A stretch of DNA of 62,543 bases, filler included, from Atractiella rhizophila (Eukaryota), in assembly GCA_021432655.1 (NCBI GenBank). It is 30 parts of 30 records of this genome, joined end to end, with 100 filler letters (N's around TTAATTAATTAA, not from the genome) between each part and the next. Parts side by side here need not be neighbours in the genome. Positions count along the whole stretch, not along the records: positions 60,609 to 62,543 come from MU272816.1; 29 more parts are not named here. One strand, written 5' to 3'. The first letter of the stretch is position 1; each line of letters begins with the position of its first letter. Positions 60,609 to 62,543 of this stretch are shown here, one piece after another. The notes under the pieces were generated by a model, which saw only the letters and a program-made list of their open reading frames with translations, ran no database searches and was not told the DNA's origin. The position numbers were made by a program, and so were the translations under genes.

Positions 60609-62165
60609 GGGCTGAGGATGGACATGACGCTTGTTCCGTGTTCGCTCGACGGACTGGATTTGGATTTGGATGACGAGAGGAAGGAGGTGGGGAGGAGGAA
60701 GAAGGTGGAACCTTGAAGTTCGACGAGGTTTCGGAGGAAGATGAGGGTCAACATGAGGGATAGTTGGAAGCGTTCGACTATATCTTTATTTCACATCATC
60801 AAGCCACAAATTGCATCGTCAAATTTCGTGGCTTCTTAGTAGATGGGAGAGGGACGAACCAGCACAGGACAGCTGGAAGAGGTTCTCAGTCTCGAACTTC
60901 TTGAATACCGCGCCTTTTATCTCTACGAATTGATTCGACAACAAGAGTGTCAACAAGGCGTTCGAATAGCTGTTGATCGACACATTGAGTGAGACCAACA
61001 AGTAGAGCAGGATGAGGGTATGCGTGACTGTCCACACGAATAAAGACTCGTTAGATGATCGGATGAAGCAGAAGAGGAGGAATACGAACAGACGTAGATT
61101 TGTGAGAGGAGGAAGAAAAAGGTAGGACGGAAGATGGGCTGTCTTTCCTTCGTTCCCTTGGAGGAAGAAGAAGGAAAGAAAGAGGCGAGGGAGTCCAGGA
61201 GGTCGAGTCCGAAACTACAGAAGAGGCGGTCTGCAATCTATACCCACTTCTTGCCTCAACACAATGATCACGAGAGGATACAGAGGATATTCAACTATAC
61301 CTCCATGCAGTTATAGATGACGTATAATTTGATCGTTTCTTGCCCTCGCACCGAATGGTACATCCGTGAAGGGTCAGAGAAGGAGAAGTGCACGAGTAAG
61401 GCGGAGGGGATGATGAGCAAGAGGAGATGTGAGACATGCGTCAGTTGGCTCGCTCTAACTCCCCAACAGGCGATGAGGAAAGTGAGGGAAGACGGATGAA
61501 GAGGTGACGCACGACATACGCCCTTTAGTGAAGAGGGTATAGAACGCTCCAAGGACGCGGAGTGGCAGAATCGTGAGGTTGTACAGGAAGGCATCGAGGC
61601 AGATGAGGAAGCCTACTGCAATTATCTGTGACAGGTAACGTCAGCCAACAATTACAATTAGAAAGTAAGGAGCAACCTTTTCAACCATCAGTGGCACTTT
61701 CAAGAAGTTATCCACTCTTTCCCTCCTTCCACTTCCGCCTTCTAGTGGCTCCTGATCCCAAACCTGCGCCATAAGATGATCCCAAAGCGTTCCCTTTCCC
61801 TCGACCATCTCCACCTCCTCATCTGCCCCCTCCAATCCCACTCCGTCATCGTCCTCCTTCTTGAGCTCCAACTCCTTCTCATCCACCAACGGCGACGTTT
61901 CGAGCGAAGTGGGAGATTCGGGATCAGGTGATTCGTGTGGTTGTTGCTGGAGCCGTGAGGGAACGGGCGAGGGAGAGCGAGAGGGCCGTGGTGTGAGAGG
62001 AAAGGCGGGCAGAGATTCTGAGCGCAGGATTGGGTTGGACGATGCCATTTCTGCTGTTCTGCGTCCCAAAATCTTGCTCGTTTGAGACAACGAAGTTGAC
62101 CTGTTCTGCCGTCGGGAACACTGCGGCCGAATTCGGGGCGAAGTAGACGAACGACGAAGTGGCAT
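60609..62165 (-). CDS. EMP65: DUF747 ER membrane protein Emp65/TAPT1, 5' part
   Basis: RERVDNFLKVPLMVEK, GFLICLDAFLYNLTILPLR, DPSRMYHSVRGQETIKLYVIYN, LNVSINSYSNALLTLLLSNQFVEIKGAVFKKFETENLFQLSCA, VERFQL. Confidence 0.95.
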
Positions 62166-62403
62166 ACTGGCTTTGGCTTGCTTAGAGGATTCTTTGGCAG
62201 CTCACATCATTTTATGCGGGAGATTTATAGCTGCATCTAACTATATCATTAAATCTCGTGAGTTTTGTGCCCATCAAGCTGGTCTAACTGCTCACAAAAC
62301 ACGTCAAGCAACAGCACTCCCAACACGTCCCAACAAAGCGTCATCCAAACACCTGCACCCACAAACGCTTCCATTATACAACCGGGACGACTGAGAAAGA
62401 ACA

Positions 62404-62543
62404 ATGGACTCCCTCCTAGCACTCAACGATCCACCGACACACGTCTCACAGCGCCGTCTGACACGTATAAACCAACAAATCCTCATCGTCTCCACCATTC
62501 TCGCCTTCATCATCGGATTCGCCTTCCAATCCGTCCCCCTAGT
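62404..62543 (+). CDS. Probable signal peptidase complex subunit Spc1/SPC12, 5' part
   Basis: MDSLLALNDPPTHVSQRRLTRINQQILIVSTILAFIIGFAFQSVPL resembles the SPC12 N-terminus; too short for the ORF track. Confidence 0.55.
   Translation, partial: MDSLLALNDPPTHVSQRRLTRINQQILIVSTILAFIIGFAFQSVPL

Overview
This is not contiguous DNA. It is 30 short contigs (about 2031 down to 1935 bp, sorted by length) joined by 29 artificial 100-nt linkers (N44-TTAATTAATTAA-N44), so adjacency across linkers has no meaning. The source is an intron-rich fungal nuclear genome (basidiomycete, probably Pucciniomycotina; inference from short GT-AG introns, CTRAY-type branch sites and gene content). Recognisable genes, mostly partial: Rictor/Avo3, a divergent PP1-family phosphatase, folylpolyglutamate synthase, SGF29, CCT5, POL2, tandem coronin, RPB4, RPN1, an alpha/beta hydrolase, LtrA-like, CSN2, YTP1-like, EMP65/TAPT1 and probably SPC1. 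There is much transposon debris: three copies of one LTR family (one perfect solo LTR, one with a nested insertion) and decayed CMC/CACTA-like, PIF/Harbinger and P-element-like transposases. No multi-gene novel system can be shown from 2-kb fragments. The best leads are single-gene oddities: an apparent Gti1/Pac2(WOPR)-bZIP fusion, an LRR-like/metallo-beta-lactamase fusion, NLR-type TPR arrays (one tail-anchored), a fungal P-like transposase, and a long structured RPB4 intron.
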